A DNA stretch of 64,000 nucleotides from a bacterium (lineage in GTDB: Bacteria > UBA8248): assembly GCA_965204535.1 (NCBI GenBank), contig CBDBEV010000001.1, forward strand, positions 896,001 through 960,000, in the 5' to 3' direction. Position numbers and translations under genes: made by a program. How positions within the stretch are numbered: position 1 is the first letter of the stretch; the number at the start of each line of letters is the position of its first letter. The notes under the pieces are model-generated. The model had not been told where the DNA came from, did not search any database, and was given only the letters and a program-made list of their open reading frames with translations. Positions 39,608-50,246 of this stretch are shown one piece after another.

Positions 39608-41716
39608 TCAGGGATGCGTCTTCATCCGAACATCCACGGCGATGCAGCCTTCCGCCGCCGCGATGAGCGGGTTCAAGTCCATCTCGGCGACTGTATCTTC
39701 TAATTCTGTCGCCAGTTCGGAGATTTTGACCATTATATCGGATATGTGCGGAATTTGAACGGTTGGCCCGCCCCGGAAGCCGTCGAAGATGACGCGCGAG
39801 CGGAGTCTTGAAAGAGCGCTTTCGGCCTCTCTTGCGTCGAAAGGCGGCAGCAGGCGGGCCACGTCCGAGAGGGCTTCGACGTACACGCCGCCCAGCCCCG
39901 CCGTCACGCACGGACCGAAAGTCGGGTCGTTCGAGATGCCGACGAGGAGTTCCAGGCCGCCCTCGATCATCTCCTGCACCAGAAGACGCGCATCATAGCT
40001 GAGGGCTAGCAGTTTTTGAGCTGCGCACAGAACCTCATCAGGCGTGTTAAGACCTAAAATGACGCCGCCCGCTTCCGTCTTGTGCGAGAGGTTGTCCGAT
40101 ACGACCTTGAGGGCGATGGGCGCTTTATACTTTTCCCACGTTTTGAGCGCTTCTTCGGACGTTTCAACCAGGGTTTCCTTCGGTCTCGGGACGCCGTAGA
40201 GATCGAGAATTTCCGCACAGGTCTCGGACGGAAGAAAGCCGTCGGGAGAGGGAATACTCTCTCGTATGATTCGCTTCGCTTGCTCCGCCCGCGCAGGGTC
40301 GAGCGAGCGGGGCCGGGAGGCGGCCGCCTCGCGCGCGTTTTTGAGCGAGTGGAGGGATTCGAGTCCTCGAATCGCGCGGGAATAATCGCCGAATACGGGC
40401 ACGGAGGCTTCTCTTAAGTTTTGTATCTGCTCGCGCGGCCCGGTGAGCCAGGCGAATGCGACGGGCACGGGCGAGGCTTCGAAGAGCGCCTTCACCTCCG
40501 CGGCTATCTGCTCGCCCACGTGGTGGTAGACGCCCATCATGAAGAGCAGGGCGTCCACGTTCTCATCCCCCGCCACGGCTTCGCCCGCTGTCTTGAGCGG
40601 CTCGCTCTCGGGCTTGCTGACCATGAGGGATACGAGGTCGACCGGATTGTCCTTGGGCGCGTAGTCGGGCAGGACGCCCGCGAGTTTTTCCTGTGTTTCC
40701 CCTGCGAGGATGGGGAGCGTGAGGCCCGCCTCGGTGCTTAAGTCCGCAGCGAGCGAACCCAGCCCGCCCGAGAAGCTTAAAACCCCCACTCCGTTTCCTG
40801 CGATGGGCTTACTGCGCGCGAGGAAATCCGCTATCTCGATGAATTCATCCATAGAACCCAGCACCTGAATCCCGTATTGCGCGGCGAAGGCGTCGAAAAC
40901 GTCGCTCGAAGTGGTGATGGCGGCGGTGTGGCTGCGCGCGGCGCGCGCGCCTTCTTCTGTCTTGCCGCCCTTTAAGAGGACGATGGGTTTTTCCTGCTCC
41001 AGCGCGCGCAAGGCGGCTTGTTTCAGGCGTTCCCCGTCGCGCACGGATTCGAGATACCCGCAGATGACGCGCGTGTGCGGGTCGTCGATGAAGTATTCGA
41101 CGCATTCCGCGAAATCCACGTCCACCTCGTTGCCGAGGCTCACGAGGCTGCTGATGCCCGAGCCGCTCTCCTGAAAGCCCGTGAGCATGCACGCCCCCAT
41201 CGCTCCGCTCTGGGTGACGAGGGCCACCGCGCCCGGGATGAGCGGGTCGTCGTCCCGGATGGATATCGTGAACGTCGCCATGAGCTTTGAGCGCACGTGC
41301 ACCACGCCCATGCAGTTGGGGCCGAGTACGCGCATCCCCGATGCGTCGCGGAGCGCGAGGATTTTCTCCTGTAGCGCCACGCCTTCCGCACCCGTTTCCG
41401 CAAAGCCCGAAGTGATGACGGCGGCGGCCTTGACGCCGCGCTCCGCGCACTGGGCGAGGGCGGGAATCACGTCTTCCCGCGGGGTGCAGATGAGGGCGAA
41501 CTCGGGCGCTTCGGGGAGGGAGGCGACGTCGGGGTAGCATTTTAAGCCCGCTATCTCATCCCGCCTCGGGTTGATGGGGTAGATGGGGCCGGGAAAGCCG
41601 TAGCGCATCGTGAGCCTGAGCGGGATGCCGCCCAGGCGGTTCAAGTCGGAGGCCGCGCCCACCACCGCGAAGGATTCCGGGTGAAACAGGCTCGTAAGGG
41701 ATTCGGGCGTGCTCAT
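39608..41716 (-). CDS. ADP-forming acyl-CoA synthetase (acetate--CoA ligase family)
   Basis: VVGAASD, GPNCMG, QSGA, SHTAA phospho-His, C-terminal ATP-grasp HKTEAGGV, MDLNP. Confidence 0.93.
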   Translation of the reverse strand: MSTPESLTSLFHPESFAVVGAASDLNRLGGIPLRLTMRYGFPGPIYPINPRRDEIAGLKCYPDVASLPEAPEFALICTPREDVIPALAQCAERGVKAAAVITSGFAETGAEGVALQEKILALRDASGMRVLGPNCMGVVHVRSKLMATFTISIRDDDPLIPGAVALVTQSGAMGACMLTGFQESGSGISSLVSLGNEVDVDFAECVEYFIDDPHTRVICGYLESVRDGERLKQAALRALEQEKPIVLLKGGKTEEGARAARSHTAAITTSSDVFDAFAAQYGIQVLGSMDEFIEIADFLARSKPIAGNGVGVLSFSGGLGSLAADLSTEAGLTLPILAGETQEKLAGVLPDYAPKDNPVDLVSLMVSKPESEPLKTAGEAVAGDENVDALLFMMGVYHHVGEQIAAEVKALFEASPVPVAFAWLTGPREQIQNLREASVPVFGDYSRAIRGLESLHSLKNAREAAASRPRSLDPARAEQAKRIIRESIPSPDGFLPSETCAEILDLYGVPRPKETLVETSEEALKTWEKYKAPIALKVVSDNLSHKTEAGGVILGLNTPDEVLCAAQKLLALSYDARLLVQEMIEGGLELLVGISNDPTFGPCVTAGLGGVYVEALSDVARLLPPFDAREAESALSRLRSRVIFDGFRGGPTVQIPHISDIMVKISELATELEDTVAEMDLNPLIAAAEGCIAVDVRMKTHP

Positions 41717-41725
41717 GCGTGGGTC

Positions 41726-42157
41726 TTAGGCGAGTCGGGCGCCGGCGGTGCCGACCGTTACGGCTGCGCCGTCCTGGTTCGTGAGCGATACGTCGAAGAG
41801 ATAATGCGTGGCGCCCTGGTCGAGCGTTTTCTCCTTGAGTACCGCCTGAAGCGTCAGAACGTCGCCCGGAAATATGGGCTTGACGAAAGAAACGTCCACC
41901 TCACCGCCCGTGATGAAGCCGAAGCCTAAGTGATCGACCATGAGTTCGGTGATGAACGACACCGGGTGGCGGCCCGTCGCCACCGCGCGTGGCAGGCCCG
42001 CTTTACACGCCACCTCATCGTCGGTGTGGATGTTCTTCGTATCCACGCCGCCTGTGACGTAGCGGTTGAACTTGAGGATGTCCTCCCAGTCCACCCCGTG
42101 CGTCCGCTCGGGCAGGGCGTCTCCTGGTTCCAGGTTTTCGGGCAGCGTATCAGTCAT
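41726..42157 (-). CDS. MaoC-family dehydratase
   Basis: NIHTDDEVA..AGLPRAVATG, FVKPIFPGD. Confidence 0.85.
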   Translation of the reverse strand: MTDTLPENLEPGDALPERTHGVDWEDILKFNRYVTGGVDTKNIHTDDEVACKAGLPRAVATGRHPVSFITELMVDHLGFGFITGGEVDVSFVKPIFPGDVLTLQAVLKEKTLDQGATHYLFDVSLTNQDGAAVTVGTAGARLA

Positions 42158-42593
42158 CTTCTCCGTGCTTTCTCGTGAGGCTCAGGACGGAAGTGTGCGA
42201 GGAGGTGAGCAGCAACTCCCCCGCCTCGTTCGTGACGGCGAGTTCGCTCACGATCCAGCCCTTCTCGCGCTTGACGTACAAATCCTTCACCGTGACCTTC
42301 TGGCGCACCGTCTCGCCGACCCGGACGGGCCTGTGGAAGCGGTAGCCGAGCTTGGCGTGGATGGTGCCGAAGCGCTTGTAGTTCTCATCGTAAATGGCGA
42401 GCAGGTCGTTGATGAAGATCATGGGTGGCGCGATGGCCCCGCCCGCGGGCGATTCGCCCGTATACCACTCCCGCTCTGCGCCCACGGCGTCGCAGTGCGC
42501 GTCCACCATCGCTTGCGTCACCGTGAGGCTGCGCTCGCCGATCGTCATGCCGACTTCCAGGTTCTCCCATACGAAATCGGGCTTTTCGCTCAT
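42150..42593 (-). CDS. MaoC-like hotdog-fold protein
   Basis: IAPP, IHAK...FHRPVRVGE. Confidence 0.8.
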   Translation of the reverse strand: MSEKPDFVWENLEVGMTIGERSLTVTQAMVDAHCDAVGAEREWYTGESPAGGAIAPPMIFINDLLAIYDENYKRFGTIHAKLGYRFHRPVRVGETVRQKVTVKDLYVKREKGWIVSELAVTNEAGELLLTSSHTSVLSLTRKHGEDD

Positions 42594-42651
42594 TCGAGAT
42601 GCTCCATGCGCTAATCAGAGGGGTATGCCAAAGCATAAAATTTTTTAGCCG

Positions 42652-43395
42652 TTATGATTGGTCTTTAGCGGAAACGAAAAATACGAGTTTTTCCCAGTCT
42701 ATCGCATCTTCCTGATCGCAAAAGTTCTCGCTGAATTCATTTGATAATCGGTCGATAATGGCCTGATATTTGGTGGAGAAATCATCGTTGTGCTGTCTGG
42801 CTTCATGTCCCAATGGCTCAATGATTTGCTTGTAAAGATCGGGATCCTCCGAGATCAGAAGCCAGAATTCTTGTCCGCAATACTTGAAATAACCGCCTTT
42901 GTCAGGGTTGCTGTCCCGTCCATAACAGCATCCGTTCACCGCCACGACGTTTATGGAGGGATCGCCTTGACGCACCACACGGGCGGCATTTCTGAAATTT
43001 TCCTTCATCTTGGCGATCTGGGAAGAATTGCCCCAATTAGGGCCGGATTTTATAGATACGATGTAACGGGCTCCATCTTTTTCAAACTCCAGGTCGATTC
43101 CGGTAGTGCTTGATTTGCGGCCGCCGTGAACCTTTTTAGCTACATAGATCGCCAACCCTTCCAGGAAGTCTCCGAACAAGGTTTCCTCCTGGGAACTTAG
43201 GTAGGCGTCGAGTAGGGAGGCAATCAATTCGGAGGCCGTGTTGATGTTCTTGCTTCGGAACAGGTAGGGGTTTTTGCGTCTCAGTAACTCAGCCAGACGC
43301 AGTTTGTTTAATTTTTCCAGCCGTTTCTCGTGAAAACTTCCAATGTTGGTTTGAACGTAATCGGTGATCTGCTGGTTGGTAATGGGAGTTACCAT
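42652..43395 (-). CDS. EcoO109I/PmeII-like type II restriction endonuclease
   Basis: KNPYLF, SSQEETLFGDFLE, GIDLEF...VSIKSGPNWGNSSQ PD-(D/E)xK variant; lower GC; next to an MTase. Confidence 0.8.
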   Translation of the reverse strand: MVTPITNQQITDYVQTNIGSFHEKRLEKLNKLRLAELLRRKNPYLFRSKNINTASELIASLLDAYLSSQEETLFGDFLEGLAIYVAKKVHGGRKSSTTGIDLEFEKDGARYIVSIKSGPNWGNSSQIAKMKENFRNAARVVRQGDPSINVVAVNGCCYGRDSNPDKGGYFKYCGQEFWLLISEDPDLYKQIIEPLGHEARQHNDDFSTKYQAIIDRLSNEFSENFCDQEDAIDWEKLVFFVSAKDQS

Positions 43396-43399
43396 ATAT

Positions 43400-44362
43400 T
43401 TACCAGCTTAATTCTTGCTCTAGTCTCTGTTTCAAGCTCTGGTAATAAGGCTCGTGTATTTCAATGCCTATTACGTGGCGGCTTTTATTCAGAGCGGCGA
43501 ATGCCGTGGTGCCGGAGCCTATGAAAGGGTCGAGAACGACATCGCCCGGATCGGTAAAGAGGTCGATGAACCATTCCGGCAACCAGTATGGAAATACGGC
43601 GCTGTGTTCTCGATTGCCGCACTCCGTGGCGCGATGCAAAACATTGGTGGGGTAAACCATATCGCGTCCCAGCCAGTTTTCTACTTTTTTCCCGAATCCA
43701 CTTCCGACTTTGGATTCATCGCGAGTGCGGTCGGTCGCGCTGAGGTTGCTCATTCGGCTTTCGTACCATTCACCGACGGGAACCATCACATTGGATTGAT
43801 TCATCTTGAATTTGCGTTGTTTGTTGAATTGCAAAAGGCGTTCCCATGCGTCGCGGAAACGATTGGGCCATTTGCCTGGGTAGCAGTTCTTCTTGTGCCA
43901 GACGAATTCCTCTGTCCAGAGCCAATCCTGTTTCCGCATTTCCAGTATCAGTTCGAGCACGTGGGTATGCCGTTCGCCTTTTACCGCAGGCTCCTTGATG
44001 TTCAGGATAAAGGTTCCGGTTTTTTTAAGCACCCGCCGCATCTCGGCGGCGATGGGCAGGAACCACTCCACGTAATCATCAGGTTTGACGCCCCCATAAG
44101 TGGTTGCTCGCTGATTCGCATAGGGCGGTGACGTGATGATGAGGTCCACGCATTCAGCCGGCATTTCACCCATTACATCAAGGCAATCTCCGCAGTAGAG
44201 CGCATTGCGCGACACGCGCTCGCTAATCGGCAGGGTTGCGGCTTGTGTGTCTTGGGTTTCCAAAAGTTGTCGGTCCTGGACGATGTCTTTCTCGTGGATA
44301 GTACCGGGCGTCCTTTGAGTCATTTCACTTGCTCCTGTTTCGTAGGCAGTTTCTCTGATCAC
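43400..44362 (-). CDS. Beta-class N4/N6 DNA methyltransferase
   Basis: TSPPY precedes DPFIGSGTT; HSAVFP; start uncertain. Confidence 0.92.
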   Translation of the reverse strand: MIRETAYETGASEMTQRTPGTIHEKDIVQDRQLLETQDTQAATLPISERVSRNALYCGDCLDVMGEMPAECVDLIITSPPYANQRATTYGGVKPDDYVEWFLPIAAEMRRVLKKTGTFILNIKEPAVKGERHTHVLELILEMRKQDWLWTEEFVWHKKNCYPGKWPNRFRDAWERLLQFNKQRKFKMNQSNVMVPVGEWYESRMSNLSATDRTRDESKVGSGFGKKVENWLGRDMVYPTNVLHRATECGNREHSAVFPYWLPEWFIDLFTDPGDVVLDPFIGSGTTAFAALNKSRHVIGIEIHEPYYQSLKQRLEQELSW

Positions 44363-44459
44363 CGAGAAGTTGTCAAGATAACAGGAGTATTTTCGTATTA
44401 TATTCGTATTTTGTCAACCCACTCCATTAGCCCGGATGCGCTTGTTTCGCCCATTTGGT

Positions 44460-45125
44460 TCAATCGCCTCTCATTTTCGGCCCCGGGAAACGCTCGGGCC
44501 ATCCATCCACCACCTCCGCGAGATAGGCTTTCAGGTTCTCGGGGTCCTGCCTGCGCCCGATGGTGATGCCGGATATCGTTTTCGGCTCATCCAGCGGGAT
44601 GCGCAGGGCGTCCTGGAAGCGGTTTCTCATGTTGAAATAGGTGATGACCATCGTGAGTTCGACGAATTCGCGGTCGTCGTAGTGCCGCCGCACTTCGCAG
44701 AACACGTCGTCGCGCGTCTTGGCGGTGTTCAGCGTCACGTGTTCCGCCCACAGGACGGCGGCCTTCTCACGCGCGCTCATCGTTTCGGAGTCCATATAGG
44801 CGTCCGAGCAGATTTCGCGCACCTGCGCTTCCGTCACCCCGGCGTCTCGACCGAGCGCCGTGTTGTGCCCGAGTCAGTAGTCACACCCGTTCAGGTGGCT
44901 CGTCTTGATGACGGCGATCTCCTTGATCCTGGTGGGCAGCACCGTGCCCAGCCCCTCGCGCATGAGGGTGACGGTGAGCGGGAGGATGACCTTGGCGACG
45001 TGGGGCTGATAGGCCATGACGGCGAAGGAATTCGCCACGCGCCCGAGCATTTTCGTCACGCCCTCGAATAGTTTCGCGGCCTCGCCTTCGGCCTCCTCGA
45101 CCCGGATGGGTTTCATGTAATTCAT
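44460..45125 (-). CDS. AhpD/CMD-family protein with in-frame UGA (putative selenoprotein, CxxU)
   Basis: Two in-frame ORFs joined by TGA at 44874-44876 in NGCDY-U-LGH; downstream hairpin. Confidence 0.82.
44840..44860 (-). promoter_or_regulatory. Putative bacterial SECIS hairpin
   Basis: CGGCG-CUC-GGUC-GAG-A-CGCCG; loop begins 21 nt after the UGA. Confidence 0.6.
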
Positions 45126-45137
45126 TCTTCCGCCCCC

Positions 45138-45875
45138 TTACTCTACGGGCGGCCAGATGCGCTTGCCGCGCGTGGGCGAACCGGGCGCATGGAGCAGGCG
45201 CTGGCATACGTGGTACGACCAGTCGTTCTCGCCGGGGAAGAGCTTGTCCGCGCGCGGGAAGTGCTCGAGAACCATCTCCAGCGAGGCGAACTCATAGAAA
45301 ATGCTGTGCTTCGCCCATCCCGCCACGGAGACGAGCTTGCGCGTGCCCACGCAGCCGCGCATGTATTTCATCGCGGGCAGGCGGTCCTGCGCGTACCAGG
45401 AACTCAGCTCGAAATCATCCTCGGGTGTGAAGCAGTTGAACGTGCCCATCTGGACGATTGGCGCGGGCACGCCGCCGAGAGCGCGGGTGGCGGCGGCGGG
45501 GCCGTTCACCCTGTCGACTTCCGTGAAGATGCCCGTGCGCTCGCCGATCCGCTTGGCGATCATCGCCTTCGTCTCATCGGAATAGGTCTCCGCAAGCTGC
45601 GCGGGGTTGGGGCTTAAGAAAACTTCCGCGCTCGTGCCCCCGAAGAGCAGCAGAAACTCCGTGCCGCTCGGGATCGAGGGGTCGTCCGTGTAGGCTAAGT
45701 GGTCCTTTTTCTTCGATTTGGGCGATTCCCTGTCCACGAGTTCATAGTGGGCCGCCCACATGTAGCCGGGACGCTTGAGCGCGTCCTTGATGTGGGTGTG
45801 GTGGAGCCAGTCGTTGTATTCGGCCTCGTCTTCTTTCGGCAGATCGTACCAGGTCGCCCAGATGCTTCTGTCCAT
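45138..45875 (-). CDS. Hypothetical protein with two EthD/dimeric alpha-beta barrel-like halves
   Basis: EAEYNDWLHHTH...PG and ELSSWYAQDRLP...G repeated pattern. Confidence 0.6.
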   Translation of the reverse strand: MDRSIWATWYDLPKEDEAEYNDWLHHTHIKDALKRPGYMWAAHYELVDRESPKSKKKDHLAYTDDPSIPSGTEFLLLFGGTSAEVFLSPNPAQLAETYSDETKAMIAKRIGERTGIFTEVDRVNGPAAATRALGGVPAPIVQMGTFNCFTPEDDFELSSWYAQDRLPAMKYMRGCVGTRKLVSVAGWAKHSIFYEFASLEMVLEHFPRADKLFPGENDWSYHVCQRLLHAPGSPTRGKRIWPPVE

Positions 45876-45904
45876 GCGGTGTCCCCTATGACTATCTCGA
45901 AAAA

Positions 45905-46294
45905 TCAGCCTGAAAGTCCGCGCTCCTCCAAAACGGCGCGCAGGCACTTGACCCCCATCATGAGCGAGGGACCGCCTGCCGGAAAGATCAGGCATTGCAC
46001 GGCCTCGAATATCTCGTCCTCGGTGGCGCCCAGGTCCAGCGCGCGGCGGATGTGGTTTTTGACGTAGGTCTCCACCTCGGTGCCGGGGAGGCGCACGCAA
46101 AGGGCGGTGATGATGATGAGCTCGCGCATTTTTTCAGAGAGCGCCCCCTCGCGCTTGATGACGTGGTTATAGAGCGCGCTTTGGCGCACGTGGTATTCGG
46201 GGTCTTTGTTGATGTAGAACTCCTGCTCGGGCAGCACCCAGCCGCGGTCAGCGACGGTCTTCCCGATCAGGGCCTTCTTCTCGGCGTCGTCCAT
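45905..46294 (-). CDS. Carboxymuconolactone decarboxylase-family protein
   Basis: LSEKMRELI, HIRRALDLGATEDEIFEA, AGGP. Confidence 0.85.
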   Translation of the reverse strand: MDDAEKKALIGKTVADRGWVLPEQEFYINKDPEYHVRQSALYNHVIKREGALSEKMRELIIITALCVRLPGTEVETYVKNHIRRALDLGATEDEIFEAVQCLIFPAGGPSLMMGVKCLRAVLEERGLSG

Positions 46295-46452
46295 CTTCGG
46301 TCTCCATATTGGTGATCCGGGAGCGGGCCGTGGGTTGCCCGGCGCGCGAACCGGCCCCTTCCGGGGGCGGGCCGCATTCCCGCACGAGACGTAGTCCGGG
46401 CGTTCCTGTGAGAAATAGTATGAAACCCGAACGGATTCGGGGTGGTTTGTAG

Positions 46453-46525
<73 letters not shown>

Positions 46526-46709
46526 AAGAGAAAAGAGATTTACGACGCGTCGGCTCGTAAGTCAAGCCGTGGAGCCAAAACGCGGGCGGCTGCGAATCTT
46601 GCGTTTCGGGTGGCCCGGCCTTCTTTCGGCTTGACGAAGGCGGGGGCGGTGTGTTCAATACCACCCTCATGGGGAACGCGAGCCTCACCGGGGTTGCATA
46701 CTCCTTCTT

Positions 46710-46786
46710 GCCGACGTAGCTCAGACAGGTAGAGCAGCTGATTCGTAATCAGCAGGTCACCGGTTCAAGTCCGGTCGTCGGCTCCA
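46710..46786 (+). tRNA. tRNA-Thr(CGU)
   Basis: GCCGACG acceptor stem, anticodon arm GCTGA-TTCGTAA-TCAGC, GGTTCAAGTCC, encoded CCA. Confidence 0.97.
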
Positions 46787-46824
46787 GCAGAATTCAATTC
46801 CGGTTCATCCATCCGAGGTGTTGC

Positions 46825-47724
46825 ATGGCGAAACGAAAGGGCGTGGGCGTCATCGGCCTGGGCCGCATGGGGAATCCCGTGGCGCAAAGGTTTATCGGGG
46901 CGAAGATGCCCCTGATGGTCTGGGACGTCGCAGAAGATAGGCGGAAGCCCTTTGAGGGAACCGAGGACGTCGCCATCGCCACGCCGCGCGAGATAGGCGA
47001 GGCCTGCGCGGTCGTCTTCTTCGTCGTGCCTTCATCGGACGAGATAGCCGCGTGTTTCCGGGGTAAGGACGGCCTGCTCAAAAACCCGAGAAAAGGCCTC
47101 GTCGTCTACGACCTCACGACGTCCGACCCGGCGAAGACCAAGCGCCTCGCGAAGCGCGCCGAGCGTGCGGGGCTGGGCTATCTCGACGCCGGCATGAGCG
47201 GCGGACCCGGCAACATCCTGGAGGGCAGGCTCACGCTCATGATCGGAGGGGACGAGAAACTCTTAAGGCGCACGAGGCGATACCTCGAACCCTTCGTCGA
47301 CCACGTCTTCCACCTGGGCGCGCTGGGTTCGGGCCACACCATGAAGCTCATCCACAACATGGTGCTCCACACGATGTTCCTGGCGACGTGCGAGGGCGCG
47401 CGCCTCGTCGAGCGCCTCGGGATGCGGGTCGAGGACATGATCGACATCTTCAACGCGTCGACGGCCTACAGCTACGCGAGCCGCCACCGCTTTCCGAACA
47501 ACATCCTCTCGGGCACGTGGAACGGGCAGGCCCGCATCTACAACCTGCAAAAAGACGTCGGCCTCGCCGTCGGCATCGGGCGAAAGCGCGGTGCTGACAT
47601 CCAGTTGGCCGAGGGTACGCTCTCGTTCTTGAGAAAGGCCGTCGAGCGGGGGATGATCGAGGAGGACCTGACGCTCCTCTACCGCGATTTCGACGAGATC
47701 CAGAAGATGAACGCGCCGGAATAG
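46825..47724 (+). CDS. 3-hydroxyisobutyrate/6-phosphogluconate dehydrogenase-family oxidoreductase
   Basis: IGLGRMG, DAGMSGG, GSGHTMKLIHN. Confidence 0.9.
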   Translation: MAKRKGVGVIGLGRMGNPVAQRFIGAKMPLMVWDVAEDRRKPFEGTEDVAIATPREIGEACAVVFFVVPSSDEIAACFRGKDGLLKNPRKGLVVYDLTTSDPAKTKRLAKRAERAGLGYLDAGMSGGPGNILEGRLTLMIGGDEKLLRRTRRYLEPFVDHVFHLGALGSGHTMKLIHNMVLHTMFLATCEGARLVERLGMRVEDMIDIFNASTAYSYASRHRFPNNILSGTWNGQARIYNLQKDVGLAVGIGRKRGADIQLAEGTLSFLRKAVERGMIEEDLTLLYRDFDEIQKMNAPE

Positions 47725-47758
47725 GCTAAGGGCGGGCCGCTCCCGCTCAGGATGCGGT

Positions 47759-47787
47759 TTGACGCGGACGATCCCTGAAAGTAGAAT
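47759..47787 (+). promoter_or_regulatory. Sigma70-type promoter upstream of sod
   Basis: TTGACG-N17-TAGAAT. Confidence 0.6.
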
Positions 47788-47970
47788 ACGCGCGCTTGTG
47801 AATCAGGGCGGAAATACGATTTTACTCAACACGGAAAACCCATCCGCATCGTCTCTTATCGCCGTTCACGCGATCCGGCGGTTTTGGATAATTTTTCGGG
47901 GCCGCGGCCTCGGGGTTTGATATGTACCACCTGAATCGGAACATTCCATTCCCATCAAGGAGAAAACGAA

Positions 47971-48558
<588 letters not shown>

Positions 48559-48570
48559 GAGGGTTGTCTC

Positions 48571-49035
48571 ATGGCTTTGAGCGTAGGTGATGCGGCTCCC
48601 GATTTCGAGCTGCCGAGAACCCTCGCCGAGGGAGACACGATAAAGCTGAGCGATTACCGGGGCAAGAAGAACGTGCTTCTTTGCTTCTACCCGTTCGATT
48701 TCTCCTCCGTGTGCAGCGAGCAGTTGCCTGCCTATCAGCAGGAGAAGGCCAGGTTCGACAATGCCGACTGCGAGGTCATCGGCATCAGCGTGGACAGCCC
48801 GTTCGCGCACGCCGCCTGGGCCGAGAAATACGGCATCGAGTTCCCACTGCTGAGCGATTTCTTCGGCAAGGGAACGTGCGCGGCCTATGGACTCTTGAAC
48901 GACAAGGGCTTCAGCAACCGCGCGGTGATTCTCGTCAACAAGGACGGGAACGTCGCCTACATGGAGGTGACGGCGGCGGCGCCCGAGAAGCCCGACGACG
49001 AGAAGCTCTTCGCGGCAATCGAGGGTCTGGGCTAG
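48571..49035 (+). CDS. Peroxiredoxin (AhpE-like)
   Basis: [10 protein letters not shown] peroxidatic motif, GISVDS, FPLLSDF. Confidence 0.9.
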   Translation: MALSVGDAAPDFELPRTLAEGDTIKLSDYRGKKNVLLCFYPFDFSSVCSEQLPAYQQEKARFDNADCEVIGISVDSPFAHAAWAEKYGIEFPLLSDFFGKGTCAAYGLLNDKGFSNRAVILVNKDGNVAYMEVTAAAPEKPDDEKLFAAIEGLG

Positions 49036-49060
49036 GCCGGTCTTTGTACCTGATGTTCCT

Positions 49061-49096
49061 GGGCGCGGGGTGAACATGCCCCGCGCCCGTTTTTTT
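49061..49096 (+). terminator. Rho-independent terminator
   Basis: GGGCGCGGGG/CCCCGCGCCC stem followed by a T7 run. Confidence 0.85.
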
Positions 49097-49141
49097 GCGT
49101 TTCTCATTCTTCCGGCGCTCGTCTGAGGGAGGAGGGAAGGG

Positions 49142-50029
49142 ATGAACGGGTTGTCCGCCGTCATCGATGGCATCGTCTCCGATGGCGTGAGCGTATCCAT
49201 CGAGCTCTATCCGCCCAAGGGGCGCAAGGCGGTGGAGCGCACCCTGCGCGATGTGGAGGCGATTCACGACGCGATGGACGTCGCCTTCACCTCGGTGACC
49301 TACGGGGCGGGCGGCTCCACGCAGGAGGGCACGCTCGAGTTGGTGCTGGAGCTGGCGAGGCGCTATCCGCGTCGCGTCGTGGCGCACCTCACCTGCGTGG
49401 GCGCGAACGAAGCGGAACTCTCACGCCTGTTGGACGTTTATGGGGACAACCGGGTGTGCGACTTCCTGGCGCTTCGCGGCGACATCCCGGAAGGCATGAC
49501 GCGCGAGGAGGCCGTGGCCGGCGGGTTCCGCTACGCCGCCGACCTCGTGCGGTGGCTCTGTAACTTCGACTGGCTCCACTCCATCGGCGTGGCCTGCTAC
49601 CCCGAGGGCCACCCCGAAACGCCCGACAAGAGTGCGGATATGGATCACTTCGTCCGCAAGGTCGACGAAGGGGCCGACTACGCGATTTCGCAGTTCTTCT
49701 TCGAGGCGCACGTCTGGGAGCGGTTCAGGGAGCAGACGGCGATTCGGGGCGTCCCGGTTCCCGTGTCGCCGGGCATCCTGCCCGTGCGCGACCTGGGCCA
49801 GGTCCAGCGTTTCGCGGAAAAATGCGGGGCGAGCGTGCCCAAAAGCGTCGTTGATGCGTTAGCGCCCTACGAGAATGACCCCGAGGCCTTTCAGGAAAGC
49901 TCGGCCGATCTGGCGGCGTTCCAGATTTGGGAGTTGATGGAACTGGGCGTCAACCATTTTCACGTCTACGCCCTCAACCGTTCGGACATCATCCTGCGCA
50001 TCGCGGACAGGATGGGCTGGCGCAGGTAG
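49142..50029 (+). CDS. metF: 5,10-methylenetetrahydrofolate reductase
   Basis: SIELYPPK, SVTYGAGGST, AHLTC, LALRGD, YPEGHPE, SQFFF. Confidence 0.93.
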   Translation: MNGLSAVIDGIVSDGVSVSIELYPPKGRKAVERTLRDVEAIHDAMDVAFTSVTYGAGGSTQEGTLELVLELARRYPRRVVAHLTCVGANEAELSRLLDVYGDNRVCDFLALRGDIPEGMTREEAVAGGFRYAADLVRWLCNFDWLHSIGVACYPEGHPETPDKSADMDHFVRKVDEGADYAISQFFFEAHVWERFREQTAIRGVPVPVSPGILPVRDLGQVQRFAEKCGASVPKSVVDALAPYENDPEAFQESSADLAAFQIWELMELGVNHFHVYALNRSDIILRIADRMGWRR

Positions 50030-50246
50030 GTTTTCTGCGGCGCACGGTTCATCCGGGCTTGTTTTAGCGAAAAATCATGGAACCGCCACCTGTTTGTAAC
50101 ACCTCTCCTCAGGATTTTCTCTATATTCCATCCTGTGACGGGCCGCGAGCGGAAACTCGGGCTTCGGTATGGATGTTTTTCCAGTTGTTGGCAGGCGTCT
50201 CCTCTCGTATCGGGAGATGCCAATCTTTTCCTGCAATCCATAGGAG

